From positions 1 to 36,652 of the IMG/VR virus record IMGVR_UViG_3300037518_000057: a DNA stretch of 36,652 bases. The stretch is one strand, 5' to 3'. Of this stretch, positions 7,864-17,849 are shown in pieces. The position numbers and the translations under genes were made by a program. Within the stretch, counting starts at the first letter, position 1; each line of letters begins with the position of its first letter. The notes beneath the pieces were generated by a model. The model had not been told where the DNA came from. It made no database searches and saw nothing but the letters and a program-made list of their open reading frames with translations. Origin of the DNA: a virus (taxonomy: Duplodnaviria > Caudoviricetes).

Positions 7864-10470
7864 CCCACCTCCAATACCATCTTTGTAAATTCAGGCTCTT
7901 TAATTGTATGTCTATCAGGATTAGCCGCAATAACCTTATCCGCTGCTGTATTCCAACGCTGTGTGTAGTAGCTTCTATAATCATAACTCTCAGCATCCAT
8001 ACAAACACCCTTAACAGGCTCAGGAATATCCTTCAGCGGGATATGATCATACGTTTGCTGTAATTGTGCGTAGTAGTCTTTGTTCATGATTAGTGTTGTC
8101 ATTTCTCCAATCCCTCCATTCTAAATTTCAATTCCTCCAACTCAGCATACATATCCTCTACATCCCGAATAAATACATCCATCAACCATTCACTGGGACG
8201 ATGTGCTCGCCACTATACCATCTTCTTCCCTAGAGGACTCTTACATAGAGATTCGTCGTTATATACTGCTGGCATATTATACCTCCTTCAATGATTCATA
8301 CCAAAGGATATTATCCCCCCAGCCTATATGGAACACGTTTCTATTAACATCATCCTCCCAACTCTGATTATGTAGCTCAGGTCTGTGCTCATATCCGTAA
8401 ATATACGAATCGCTATCCCGCGCAACATACCTCACCCAATCTTCCACCTGATATTCTTTACCTTCAAATGTAATTGTTTTCATGCTTCATTCCCCTTCCA
8501 TTTTAAGCTGATAAATACTCGATGACCCTCCTCTCTACGGACTTCCTCGAATCCCAACCCTTTGAGAATAGTATGTCCTTCTGACCAATCACCTGCCATC
8601 TCACCAGCACTTTTATAAAGACCTCTAATATATTGCTGCACAAAGTCAGCATTCATATTCTTTAGGACATCATCGGGTATATGTTTGCGCTCATATTCCT
8701 CTAGCACACCCCGCATCTGGTAAGGGTAAATCTTGATACCGTAAGCCAACGCTCTCCGCAATAGTACAGGAATATCATTATAGGTTTTCACGTTACACCT
8801 CCTAAATTAACAATTAAACGTAATCCCGCGATCACGCATATTCTGCTTCATTTCAGCTACTTTGTCTAGGTAATACTTCTGAACAGGGTCATCAGCCCAA
8901 CAACGCATACTCAAATAGTCATCCCGCATCCAGACAATACTCTCGTGAGACTTCAGTAGGTATTCCTCTGTGATGTCAGCAAACCCCTCTACTTTGATTG
9001 GTGGTGTGGTCATCAACCTTGTCCTCCAAATAACACTTGACTCAACGCTGGCCCACAATCAGACACAGCCCCTACTTGCCAGTCACGCCTAACTTCTGGT
9101 TTAAGAATACCGTCAATATACTGGAAAGCATCTTCTTTGCTATCCGCTACAATATAATAAGGCTTCATACGTTTACCCCAAGAAGTGGGTCGTATTTGTT
9201 TCAGTGATACTCTATATAATCTCGGTGTTTTACCAAACTGAGTGAACCCTACCATAATTATATCTCCTCCACATCCACTTCATTCAATTCCCAATAACTC
9301 CCATAAGGACTAAATCTAACGCACCCGTCCTGCCACAATTTAACTGTCGCTAGTGTAGACTCATCTGTGCTGGCTGGAAATACCCTACCTACTGCTTTTG
9401 CTAGCATCTCCATAGATGGCTTCTTATTCCAACGATGGATTACACATGGTGTACAGTCATAGTTGTTCTCACATTCTGTTAGTTCCCATATTTTCATAAA
9501 TTACCCTCCAAAGCTCTTTTACGCAATTCTGGATTAGTTGCTACGATGCGACATTCCCAATAATTAACGGGATTATGCCCTCTGCACAATTTGCTCTTAT
9601 AGCCCTCTAGTTTCACCCAGTGCCACTTAGAGTAAGCCCAATCTTCATACTCAGCCTCAACAATCTCTCCTGAGCTAAGTCTTACGTAGAGTTTGTCGCC
9701 TGCTTTCATGATTACACCCCCCCCACCAATATAAGTTAACCCTTATCATACAGTGCTCCAAAGTATATCTCAGCATTATGATGTTGGAGGAATTCTGTAG
9801 GATAGCTCGTGCTATTACGATAAGTATCCATCATAGTATGAATAGCAGCTTCAATAGCCTTCGCTCTATCACTCTTCATAGGGGAGCACAATCTAGTGTC
9901 AAATAAGTCGATATGACCTCCATCATCCATACCGCAGAATGTAGCCCCTTTGCCGTGTACCATAACTGTTACAATATCATCTCCAACATTGGTATATACT
10001 TTAGAGCCAATTGGTGGGAGAGTGCTCTTTCCGTCCCATTCTACAGGAGGGTATGGTGTTGGTGTGTAACCTTTTACTTCTTCTATTGTAGGTTTTGACA
10101 TGATTATTCCTCCATTCCTAATATACGATTCAACCTAGCCTGTAAATTACTCAGCTGTCCTCTGTGAGCGTTGATAATACACTGACAGATCCCATTAGTC
10201 CCCGTTCCCTCTTTCTCTCCTGTCACTACACAATTGTGACTAGAGCAACCAATCCATCCTTTGAATAACTTGTAACGTAATTCCTCTATCGCGGCTGGTG
10301 CTGAGTATTTATTATATTCTGTCATATCACTCCCCAAATTGAATCAATAAACAATGCCTGCACTCACCAGTTGTCTCGTATTCCAACGCGTCTACAGCAA
10401 GAAGCAAGAGTCCAGCGAGACATACGACCAATATTACACCAGATAGGATATTCAATAGTAGTTTACTCAT
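7860..10470 (-). other. Run of small, tightly packed hypothetical genes (7860-8102, 8277-8483, 8480-8791, 8807-9013, 9013-9255, 9258-9497, 9494-9709, 9736-10101, 10104-10325, 10327-10470)
   Basis: Contiguous minus-strand ORFs with GGAG(G) RBSs and ATGA overlaps; no function recognised. Confidence 0.8.
8099..8275 (-). pseudogene. 58-codon phage gene interrupted by in-frame TAG
   Basis: MPAVYNDESLCKSPLGKKMV*WRAHRPSEWLMDVFIRDVEDMYAELEELKFRMEGLEK; GGAGG RBS; ATGA overlap with next gene. Confidence 0.65.
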
Positions 10471-10471
10471 A

Positions 10472-11173
10472 TTAAATCCAATCCCACTTGTTCAGCACTC
10501 TCTGTGCATTGATGATTGCGTTGAGAATTTCAAGAACATCCTCAACCGAAGATACTACAGCTTGACACTCGGTGTAACCGTTAAAGATATTGAACCCATC
10601 ATCCTGAATTGTCACAGAACAATTTGCTTGCTTGCACAATTTAACCAAGGGTTCAATATTAACGTCATTCTCCCGTCCTGTAGCGCCCGTAGAGAGCGTT
10701 TGAGCTTCTTCTGGTACGATGGTAGAGGGTGCTTCTGGGGAGGTTGTAAGAGCTTCTGAGGGCTTGTGCAGGCGATGATGGGTGATGTCAGCGAAACTAC
10801 CGGTCAGGTTCCAATCGATGGCACTTATGCCTATAGGGTAGGGACATTCCCCCGAAGTGTTCTCGATCCAACCTTCAGTGTCAACCTCAACCCTTGCATT
10901 ACCTAGGATGAAGTCTACAGTCACTTGGCGATTATTCTCTCCGTAGCTCACGTTGTCGTCATAATGAATAACATAACCACCCTCTATCCCAACATGATAC
11001 CAATCCTTCCAGTCACTGACATTTTCATAATTAAGTGCACAGTTTTCGGTGTAACCCTCTTCCTCATGAAACCCAGCAGCCACAAAAGCATCAATCACTT
11101 GCTTCCATTGTTCTGTATCTTGGATTTCTGAAGTTGATACGTACATACCCGGCTTGATGTGTGAATTTTTCAT
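10472..11173 (-). CDS. Modular hypothetical protein, C-terminal domain shared with 17846..18541
   Basis: LCKQANCSVTI...YTECQAVVSSVEDVLEIL after a P/T/E-rich linker. Confidence 0.8.
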   Translation of the reverse strand: MKNSHIKPGMYVSTSEIQDTEQWKQVIDAFVAAGFHEEEGYTENCALNYENVSDWKDWYHVGIEGGYVIHYDDNVSYGENNRQVTVDFILGNARVEVDTEGWIENTSGECPYPIGISAIDWNLTGSFADITHHRLHKPSEALTTSPEAPSTIVPEEAQTLSTGATGRENDVNIEPLVKLCKQANCSVTIQDDGFNIFNGYTECQAVVSSVEDVLEILNAIINAQRVLNKWDWI

Positions 11174-11206
11174 AATGGTATCTCCTGTTGTGATTAACTT
11201 GAAGCT

Positions 11207-11235
11207 ATTATCCCTAATAGTTCACAGGATAGCAA
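11207..11235 (-). promoter_or_regulatory. sigma70-type promoter
   Basis: TTGCTA-N17-GATAAT upstream of AGGAG RBS. Confidence 0.7.
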
Positions 11236-11261
11236 TAGGGTGTATAGAATTAGTTGGAATA

Positions 11262-11603
11262 TTAAACCTGATCTATAGAATCATCTTCTATAAAACCTTT
11301 AAGTAACTTTTCATCACGCAGCACCCGAAGCAATCCGTAAACAATCCCACGATCATTTCTTCCACTTTCTCTCATCTCCGTAACCATCTCTATCATCTTA
11401 TCCACACTCTCAACAGGTAATACGATAGAAAGCTCTTTCATATTACTCCAGTCAGCTGCTGATAGTTTCAGGTAAGCGTTACCCCCATCGACCGCTACAG
11501 CGGAGCACTTGTAGTATTTGAAATCATGTCTGTGTGCGCTGTAGATAACCTCGCCACATTTTAGACACTGTACGCTATTACTCACAATAATTGTTGGTTT
11601 CAT
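11262..11603 (-). CDS. Conserved phage Zn-ribbon-like protein
   Basis: NSVQCLKCGEVIYSAHRHDF..C.AVAVDGG motif. Confidence 0.8.
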   Translation of the reverse strand: MKPTIIVSNSVQCLKCGEVIYSAHRHDFKYYKCSAVAVDGGNAYLKLSAADWSNMKELSIVLPVESVDKMIEMVTEMRESGRNDRGIVYGLLRVLRDEKLLKGFIEDDSIDQV

Positions 11604-11931
11604 AATACTTCCCTCCTAATGTCTCCCAAAGTTCATCACAGAGGTTTTCAGCCTCAACTACGCTGTAATCACTCCCAAATTCGATATTGACAACCCTATT
11701 ATGACTGTCATCTTCTGTGTGAATCTGGACACTGTATTGGATACCTTCATTTAGAGCATGACCCTTAACCACGGTTGTAGGATACCACCAGATGTTGATA
11801 AAGTATCGCGTTCCCTTTTTATCTCTGATACGCTTCTGGAATAGGGTATCCGTTGAATGAAATATCTTGTAGCTTTCCTGCACACTCTTAGTGTAACCCA
11901 GCGACTCTAATTTTTGTTGTAGTTCTGTCAT
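11578..11931 (-). CDS. Conserved phage hypothetical protein
   Basis: FQKRIRDKKGTRYFINI...LWETLG motif. Confidence 0.75.
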   Translation of the reverse strand: MTELQQKLESLGYTKSVQESYKIFHSTDTLFQKRIRDKKGTRYFINIWWYPTTVVKGHALNEGIQYSVQIHTEDDSHNRVVNIEFGSDYSVVEAENLCDELWETLGGKYYETNNYCE

Positions 11932-12119
11932 ATTCTACCTCTCTTGTCACCCGCCAGAGCCTTCGCAATGCACTTGTCATAATCGGCTAGCACATAGATT
12001 TCGCCGTCAACGGCAGCCATCTTTGCCAGCGCATCGAATGCTTCTTTGTTCCTGTTTTGCAGCATCAGTCTGGTTATTTGGATGTACAGCTCTTTGCGTT
12101 CCGCTTTCTTAATTTTCAT
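11928..12119 (-). CDS. Hypothetical protein
   Basis: Start refined to MKIKK with AGGAG RBS. Confidence 0.7.
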   Translation of the reverse strand: MKIKKAERKELYIQITRLMLQNRNKEAFDALAKMAAVDGEIYVLADYDKCIAKALAGDKRGRI

Positions 12120-12951
12120 TGTTGTTCTCCTGCGCTGGGGCGGCGGATAGCAGATCACGCAGCGCACCGATGGCATTCTGTAGCGAGTTGGACTGGTATG
12201 CCCGTCCGCTGTTGTCTATGCCGTCGAATACCTCCCCCGCGTCAGCTTCGCTAACGAGCCACTGCAAAGCCGGACTCTCCGGTACCGCTGGGGCTGGCGG
12301 GCGGCTACTCAGCTCCGCACTCATAGCATCATGCATTCTGCCAACGTCGTGCTTTAGCCTGCCCACCTCGGCATCCAGTTCGTGAAGAGCGTAATAGCTC
12401 CCCGGTATCGCGGGGGCTGCCTGCTCAGGAACAACCAACTCACGAACCTCGTCGGCCAGATCCAGCAAGTTGTTGCAATAATCCTCACCGCCTGACGGGT
12501 AGACCCGCGCATTGGTGTCAGGCTCGGTATAGCCATACGAGTCGTCGTATTCTGCCGCACGGCGCTCAATGTGCTTGGCGGCCAGCTCGGTGCCGGGGTG
12601 TATCGCTGGGGCTGGCGGCTCACGATACAGCGGCACCACTGAAATATAGAGCCCCTCCAAACACTGGTCTACGTAAGACCGTGCGGCGTCTTCACTCTTG
12701 AATGTCGTCATATAGTTAATCGTTCCGCTCTCCCTGTCGAACGGCCATTGCAGGCTCCACGCCACCGGCACGGCATCAACCCGCAACCGCGCCACCTCGG
12801 CCTCCAGTTCCGCTATGCGGGAGGCTGATTGTTGTTGGGCGGCGCGCCATGCGTGTTCTGCGATACTAGTTTCATACCCACCCCTGATAGGTTGGTACCC
12901 ATATATGTTAACAAAATATTCCGTAAATTCTTTTGTGTTATTGCTGCTCAT
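12109..12951 (-). CDS. Mosaic EaA/Ea22-like accessory protein in a GC-rich insert
   Basis: RIAELEAEV, PVAW, VVPLY, repeated PPAPA linkers and terminal LLSAAPAQE typical of lambdoid Ea-region proteins. Confidence 0.7.
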   Translation of the reverse strand: MSSNNTKEFTEYFVNIYGYQPIRGGYETSIAEHAWRAAQQQSASRIAELEAEVARLRVDAVPVAWSLQWPFDRESGTINYMTTFKSEDAARSYVDQCLEGLYISVVPLYREPPAPAIHPGTELAAKHIERRAAEYDDSYGYTEPDTNARVYPSGGEDYCNNLLDLADEVRELVVPEQAAPAIPGSYYALHELDAEVGRLKHDVGRMHDAMSAELSSRPPAPAVPESPALQWLVSEADAGEVFDGIDNSGRAYQSNSLQNAIGALRDLLSAAPAQENNNEN

Positions 12952-13124
12952 TTCAATTCCCCTTTCTCTTTCATTACTATATAAACACTCAACAACTCAC
13001 AATGAGCAGCAATCTTAATCACTTCTTCATGTGCTTCTACAAGTTGCTCTTGGTAATGTTTCAGCAATACTTTTAGATCGTCTGCTGAGTATGATACTAG
13101 GTATTCCTCATCTGGTGTATTCAT
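12948..13124 (-). CDS. 58-aa hypothetical protein (not in ORF track)
   Basis: MNTPDEEYLVSYSADDLKVLL...GELK; GAGGAG RBS; ATGA overlap. Confidence 0.65.
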   Translation of the reverse strand: MNTPDEEYLVSYSADDLKVLLKHYQEQLVEAHEEVIKIAAHCELLSVYIVMKEKGELK

Positions 13125-13136
13125 AAAGTATCTCCT

Positions 13137-13700
13137 CTATTTCTCTCCAATTATCTTGCTATAAATTTCATCCCAATTACTCACCTCGATAGCTCCACAA
13201 AGATTCTCCACTCCATGTTGGGGGTAATCTGTCTTGAGCCAAATCTTAGTCACATTATCACCAAACCTATTCAATTGTGCAAGGTTATCCTCTACTATAT
13301 AGTGACAACGTGCGTAACTCTTCTCTTTCTCATTACGACCAGTGAGAAGTATACCATCGGCAAAAGGAAACCAACGCTTGATCCAATCGCACTTAGAGGC
13401 TGCGTGTTGCCCTGTTACACGAGATACTACAATCACTTCATAATTATCATCTTTCAGCTTTGATAATGTCTCAACAGAATCCTTCGCCGGTTTCATTCCT
13501 GAATATAACGTATTTGACTTCCAGAAAGCAAGTGGATCGTCTTCCTCTGGTATAACGAACAGGTTGGTTAAATCATAAGGCTTAACACCATCTGCTGAGA
13601 GAGCATCTTTTAGATCATATCTCACAACCAACCATTCATACCAGTGAGGCATAATATCTATTAGAACACCGTCACAATCAAAGGCCGCTATTTGTCCCAT
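13137..13700 (-). CDS. HAD-family 5'(3')-deoxyribonucleotidase-like protein
   Basis: FDCDGVL motif I, VVSR, KCDWIKRWFP, IVED. Confidence 0.85.
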   Translation of the reverse strand: MGQIAAFDCDGVLIDIMPHWYEWLVVRYDLKDALSADGVKPYDLTNLFVIPEEDDPLAFWKSNTLYSGMKPAKDSVETLSKLKDDNYEVIVVSRVTGQHAASKCDWIKRWFPFADGILLTGRNEKEKSYARCHYIVEDNLAQLNRFGDNVTKIWLKTDYPQHGVENLCGAIEVSNWDEIYSKIIGEK

Positions 13701-13749
13701 ATTTGGAGATACCTCCCATAGTATTTCATCTTGTGCCTTATTAGATCGC

Positions 13750-14565
13750 TCATCTTATACACCTCAGATAAACCCCCACCTCAGCCTCACTCAAATCAGA
13801 GTCATAGAACACCTCTTTATAGATACTCGCACCAGCGTTTCTATCCTTGCTATATACAAACAAATATGGGCAGAAATCATCCACACTCAACGCTCCAAGC
13901 TTATAACCTCGCTCAAGCAAGTGGTGTAATACTTTCTCCCACTCGTATTGGGTTTTAATTCGCAGCTTATATCCGACTGGTGGATTGTAGTCACCCATCT
14001 CTTGACCCAGAGAAGTAAGTTCTTGCAAATCATCTGCGAATTCCGTTCCTTCTATTTTATTGGTTTTAGTTTCCTGCCATTCTTCTTTGGTGATTACTTG
14101 TGGTGGATTAAATGTAACACCCTTATTCTCCAGTGCGCGCCAACAACCTATACCATTATCATTTACCCAGTTGGCTGAGTACGACGCCAACTCCCACTCG
14201 GTTCCAGTAGGTGTCTTCTTGGTATAGAATATAGGTGATGAATAACTTTGATCACCTCTTAGATGACTAAACTCATCATCCCACACTTCAATATTCTCTA
14301 CAGCCCAATCCAGCAATTCTTGATTAAGGTTTACCCCCCTAATCTTAGTTACGTTATTTAATGATTCATACGCACCAGCTTTATTATCACAATTATCATG
14401 CTCACAAAAACCTTCGATGAGTTTGAAAAGTGGGTATTTCGAACCATCGTCCTCATATAATTCAACGGTTGATCCGTTTTGGAAACATACCTCTTCTTCT
14501 GACCCCTCCACCAGAAAGCGATCTCCTACTTTATACCCCAATTCTACACAAAATGTCATTTTCAT
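13750..14565 (-). CDS. Modular hypothetical protein
   Basis: N-terminal LGYKVGDRF..DDGSKYPLF domain; C-terminal KLRIKT..WEKV...LLERGY domain. Confidence 0.8.
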   Translation of the reverse strand: MKMTFCVELGYKVGDRFLVEGSEEEVCFQNGSTVELYEDDGSKYPLFKLIEGFCEHDNCDNKAGAYESLNNVTKIRGVNLNQELLDWAVENIEVWDDEFSHLRGDQSYSSPIFYTKKTPTGTEWELASYSANWVNDNGIGCWRALENKGVTFNPPQVITKEEWQETKTNKIEGTEFADDLQELTSLGQEMGDYNPPVGYKLRIKTQYEWEKVLHHLLERGYKLGALSVDDFCPYLFVYSKDRNAGASIYKEVFYDSDLSEAEVGVYLRCIR

Positions 14566-14849
14566 ACACTCACCTCCACTTTCTCACGCATACGGTCATA
14601 AGTATTATTGAGAGCGGTAATATAATCACCGAGAGTATCATAGTCGCAGTCATGGACTTCCGTCTGAGTAATCTTAGAGAGAGCCTGAGCAACATTAGGG
14701 TAATATCCCACAAGACTCCAGCCACCTTTAGTCATCTCACCCTTACGCTTACCGCTGTCAATGACGTAGGATTCTTGCATAACATAAAGTGTGTGGTTAT
14801 ATTCATCCACTTCAATTTTGTATTTATCTGATACTGTGATTATACTCAT
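14562..14849 (-). CDS. Conserved phage hypothetical protein
   Basis: YKIEVDEYNHTL...GYYPNVAQAL motif. Confidence 0.75.
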   Translation of the reverse strand: MSIITVSDKYKIEVDEYNHTLYVMQESYVIDSGKRKGEMTKGGWSLVGYYPNVAQALSKITQTEVHDCDYDTLGDYITALNNTYDRMREKVEVSV

Positions 14850-14852
14850 ATA

Positions 14853-14993
14853 TTATCCACCTTTTACATTAGTTGGGATACAACCTACCAAAATTAGCGC
14901 AAATAGTGGCAGAGCACTTCCTGTTAAATATACAGCAGCGCCGATCAGCCCGAAGAAACCAATGTAGATAAGTGCTACGGGGAAATTGATCAT
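14853..14993 (-). CDS. 46-aa two-helix membrane protein
   Basis: MINFPVALIYIGFFGLIGAAVYLTGSALPLFALILVGCIPTNVKGG; ATGA overlap. Confidence 0.65.
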   Translation of the reverse strand: MINFPVALIYIGFFGLIGAAVYLTGSALPLFALILVGCIPTNVKGG

Positions 14994-15325
14994 ATTAAAT
15001 CCCCTTCATCCAACTCAATTTCGCGAATATCAGCAAGACTCTTCATTGCTGCCTGAATCACCATCTGCTCCAGCTTATGGTTAAAGTGTGCTGTACTGTC
15101 CCGTTGGATGATTTGTCGAATAATATTTAACAGCGCTTTGTCATCCTCAAGCAACCACTCAAGAATCTCTGAGCTATTCCAATCACAGAATGATCCTTGT
15201 CGCACAAGCTCTATTGCATCCTGTTTCAATGCTTCCACCTCGGCTGTATGGCGCAATTCATTCTGTTCCTGTTGACGCTCAAATGCTTCCAGATCAGCGT
15301 TTACTCTATCTTTTTTGTCAGTCAT
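14990..15325 (-). CDS. Acidic hypothetical protein
   Basis: Start refined to MTDKK, AGGAG RBS. Confidence 0.75.
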   Translation of the reverse strand: MTDKKDRVNADLEAFERQQEQNELRHTAEVEALKQDAIELVRQGSFCDWNSSEILEWLLEDDKALLNIIRQIIQRDSTAHFNHKLEQMVIQAAMKSLADIREIELDEGDLI

Positions 15326-15356
15326 AATATTTACTCCTGTTCGTCTATGTGTAATC

Positions 15357-15385
15357 ATATTACCGTCCATATGTAAGTTTGTCCA
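15357..15385 (-). promoter_or_regulatory. sigma70-type promoter
   Basis: TGGACA-N17-TAATAT. Confidence 0.55.
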
Positions 15386-15398
15386 CAATTACTATAGA

Positions 15399-15662
15399 TC
15401 AATTAGTAATAAAGCCGTGATTTTTATGGATAATGTTAGAATATCCTTCATTATCACGCACTACATATACTTGGTCAATATCTGAGTCAAGAATCATCAG
15501 ATATTTCTCACCAATCTTATGAGCATACCACAGCATACCATCTGTACAACTACTAACCTCTATAAATTTCTTTCGCATATTATTTTCCTCTTTGTTCAAT
15601 GTGGGACAAGTGGGAGCATGGGTGAAAGGCCATCCGCAATCATTGCAGCGATAATCACTCAT
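15399..15662 (-). CDS. Hypothetical protein
   Basis: CxxC...HxxxC N-terminus, possible internal start MRKKF. Confidence 0.7.
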   Translation of the reverse strand: MSDYRCNDCGWPFTHAPTCPTLNKEENNMRKKFIEVSSCTDGMLWYAHKIGEKYLMILDSDIDQVYVVRDNEGYSNIIHKNHGFITN

Positions 15663-15966
15663 TCTGATTTCTCCTGCTCATACAGATAAATAATAAGAGC
15701 AACTTGTGCTGGTGTAACTTTCATCCCAGTTGTGCTTAATACTTGATTGCAGATTCTTTTCATCTCTGGCGAGACATCTTGATTCAGATCACTCATAGCT
15801 CAATCCTCCAACCAATTACGCCAATACTCTTTTGGCATTACGTTAATCTCACGCTCAATACTAGAGCAAATAGTTTGTACATCATGTGTATCCATATCGC
15901 TAGATACATTGCGGAGGTGTTCTTCCAGAGCCTCTACGTCGAAATCATCTGAGCTGTTTAGTCTGC

Positions 15967-16248
15967 TCATTCAGACTTCTCCGTATCTCGAAACTTGATT
16001 TCAACCCCATCAATTCTAGCAGAGATAACAGTGTCAAGGTTGATACAGCGATAGCCCGAGTTAGCTACATCCCACACTGTCATTAGATTCGGTTTATGGG
16101 CGGTAGTGCTCTCACCACCTTTCAGCTTTGAGGTCACTCCCATACGGCAAACGAGGTCACGAACACTACCATCCTTTTTCACAAATTTGATAGAGAAGAT
16201 GTGGTTGCCAGCAGTGGATATGATCTTACGGATCTTTTCAATTTGCAT
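15967..16248 (-). CDS. WYL_2/DUF2693-like SH3-barrel protein
   Basis: FSIKFVKKDGSVRDLVCR...VWDV...GYRCINL motif. Confidence 0.8.
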   Translation of the reverse strand: MQIEKIRKIISTAGNHIFSIKFVKKDGSVRDLVCRMGVTSKLKGGESTTAHKPNLMTVWDVANSGYRCINLDTVISARIDGVEIKFRDTEKSE

Positions 16249-16280
16249 AGTATTACTCCTCGATTGATTAACTTGTGTCA

Positions 16281-16308
16281 AGTATATCGAACCATGTACT
16301 AATTGCAA
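16281..16308 (-). promoter_or_regulatory. sigma70-type promoter
   Basis: TTGCAA-N16-TATACT just downstream of a terminator. Confidence 0.65.
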
Positions 16309-16334
16309 CACTTTTCTATAGAACCAATGGATAT

Positions 16335-16358
16335 AAAAAAGGCCGCGATTAAGCAGCC
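16335..16358 (-). terminator. Rho-independent terminator
   Basis: GGCTGC-ttaatc-GCGGCC then T6. Confidence 0.8.
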
Positions 16359-16372
16359 TGATTATTTACCCC

Positions 16373-16546
16373 CTACTTCTTACGCAAGGTTCCATCACCC
16401 TTATAACGATTAGTGAGGCCAAAATGCTTGGCTACACGCTTATGAAGCATTCTGAATGAGTTCCATTTCATGTCATCCGGCATGTATTGCGTTTGATGGG
16501 CTAGGATACGTTCCTGTGTCTGCAAATCTCCAATATATACTGCCAT
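16373..16546 (-). CDS. 57-aa hypothetical protein
   Basis: MAVYIGDLQTQERIL...TLRKK; GAGGAG RBS. Confidence 0.65.
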   Translation of the reverse strand: MAVYIGDLQTQERILAHQTQYMPDDMKWNSFRMLHKRVAKHFGLTNRYKGDGTLRKK

Positions 16547-16564
16547 ATTATTTCTCCTCAGTTA

Positions 16565-16735
16565 TTAAAAATAGAACTTGTGATAGACAACATCAATAAT
16601 AATATCGCCCGTGTAATCGCGTTCAATCCCCAACAAGTGGTGTGGGGTAGAGTTGCTTCGTTGCACTGTTGCCAGAAATATACCGAACCCTTTTCCGACA
16701 CGCTCATAGTAAGCGCTAAATACTGCAAATATCAT
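16565..16735 (-). CDS. 56-aa hypothetical protein
   Basis: MIFAVFSAYYERVGKGFGIF...YHKFYF; AGGAG RBS. Confidence 0.6.
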   Translation of the reverse strand: MIFAVFSAYYERVGKGFGIFLATVQRSNSTPHHLLGIERDYTGDIIIDVVYHKFYF

Positions 16736-16759
16736 AATGTTACTCCTATCTTGTTAATG

Positions 16760-17386
16760 TTAATCATTAATAACTTCGTTAAGTTCTATCCTAGCTCTGT
16801 GCAACCTGCTTCTCACTGTACCTATTGGAACCCCCTGTTTATCTGATATTTCCTGATAACTCAAACCTTCTACCTCGCGTAATACAAAAGTGATTCGTCT
16901 TTCTTCAGGAATCTCATTCAGCCTCCGTGTCAATACCTCCCTATACAACTCCTCCTGCACCATGTTTGCTGGATCATTATTAGATACTAATATATTATCC
17001 CAAGTATTACCACTACTTTCGCCCCCATCAAACATATCATCTTGATTAGGAGTATCTAAGCTATATGTTGGCTTACGCTTCTGTGACACCAGCAGATTCT
17101 TACATGTATTAATGATAATGCGGTACACCCATGTATAGATACGGCTATCACCCCGGAAGGTGTCAAATGCTTTACTAGCCTTCATATAGCTCACTTGTAC
17201 AGCATCTTCTGCATCCTCATAGTGTCTAGTGTACTGATACGCCAGTTTAATCAAACTCACTCTGTACATACCAAGGAGAGCATTAAATGCTGTCACATCC
17301 CCTTTCTGTGCTTTCTCTTCCAGATAATTTTCAAGATCTTTATTAAGCTGAACATCCTCCTGACTTATTACACTTAGTTGTCTCAC
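16760..17386 (-). CDS. rpoE: RpoE/AlgU-like ECF sigma factor
   Basis: QKGDVTAFN, DAEDAVQ, FRGDSRIYTWVYRIIINTCKNLL, LREVEGLSYQEI...PIGTVRSRLHRAR colinear with gammaproteobacterial RpoE. Confidence 0.9.
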   Translation of the reverse strand: MRQLSVISQEDVQLNKDLENYLEEKAQKGDVTAFNALLGMYRVSLIKLAYQYTRHYEDAEDAVQVSYMKASKAFDTFRGDSRIYTWVYRIIINTCKNLLVSQKRKPTYSLDTPNQDDMFDGGESSGNTWDNILVSNNDPANMVQEELYREVLTRRLNEIPEERRITFVLREVEGLSYQEISDKQGVPIGTVRSRLHRARIELNEVIND

Positions 17387-17396
17387 ATGTTACCCC

Positions 17397-17849
17397 TCAC
17401 AAATGTTTATAAAATATATGATCATCAATAATGACCCTCTTAACCAACTTTCCCCAATTCCAGCGCGGGCGCACTCCTTTGTGGTGATATAACGTAGAAC
17501 CATCAGTTATGTCTATCACGTTATCAAAGTACACCATCTCAGCGATTCTCATGGCCCTCTTATATGCCCCCTTATCATAGAACCTTTTGTCAACAACCTC
17601 ATGTGTATAGCTAAACTGAAATCGCTGGTTGACCACACCACAAATCGTACTGGGCCACCTTTTGTGTTTTACACGATTCACCACAACACTAGCTACAGCA
17701 ATTTGACCAGCAGTTGATTGATTCCTTGCTTCAAAGTATATGGCTTCGGTGAGACAGCCGATTTCATCTGTGATGTTTATTTTATGTGTTCCAGCAGATA
17801 CCGCTGTAGAGAGCCACAGAAGGCATATGAGCGCGATTAACCTAATCAT
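17397..17849 (-). CDS. SleB/Hydrolase_2 cell-wall hydrolase with signal peptide
   Basis: CLTEAIYFEARNQ, VVVNRV, WPSTICGVV, QFSY, HIFY; hydrophobic N-terminus ending AVSA. Confidence 0.92.
   Translation of the reverse strand: MIRLIALICLLWLSTAVSAGTHKINITDEIGCLTEAIYFEARNQSTAGQIAVASVVVNRVKHKRWPSTICGVVNQRFQFSYTHEVVDKRFYDKGAYKRAMRIAEMVYFDNVIDITDGSTLYHHKGVRPRWNWGKLVKRVIIDDHIFYKHL

Noticed and set aside
9710-9738. G8 tract as a phase-variable RBS, and early TAA in LYDKG*
   Set aside because: Single short homopolymer with no evidence of variation; only a few codons affected
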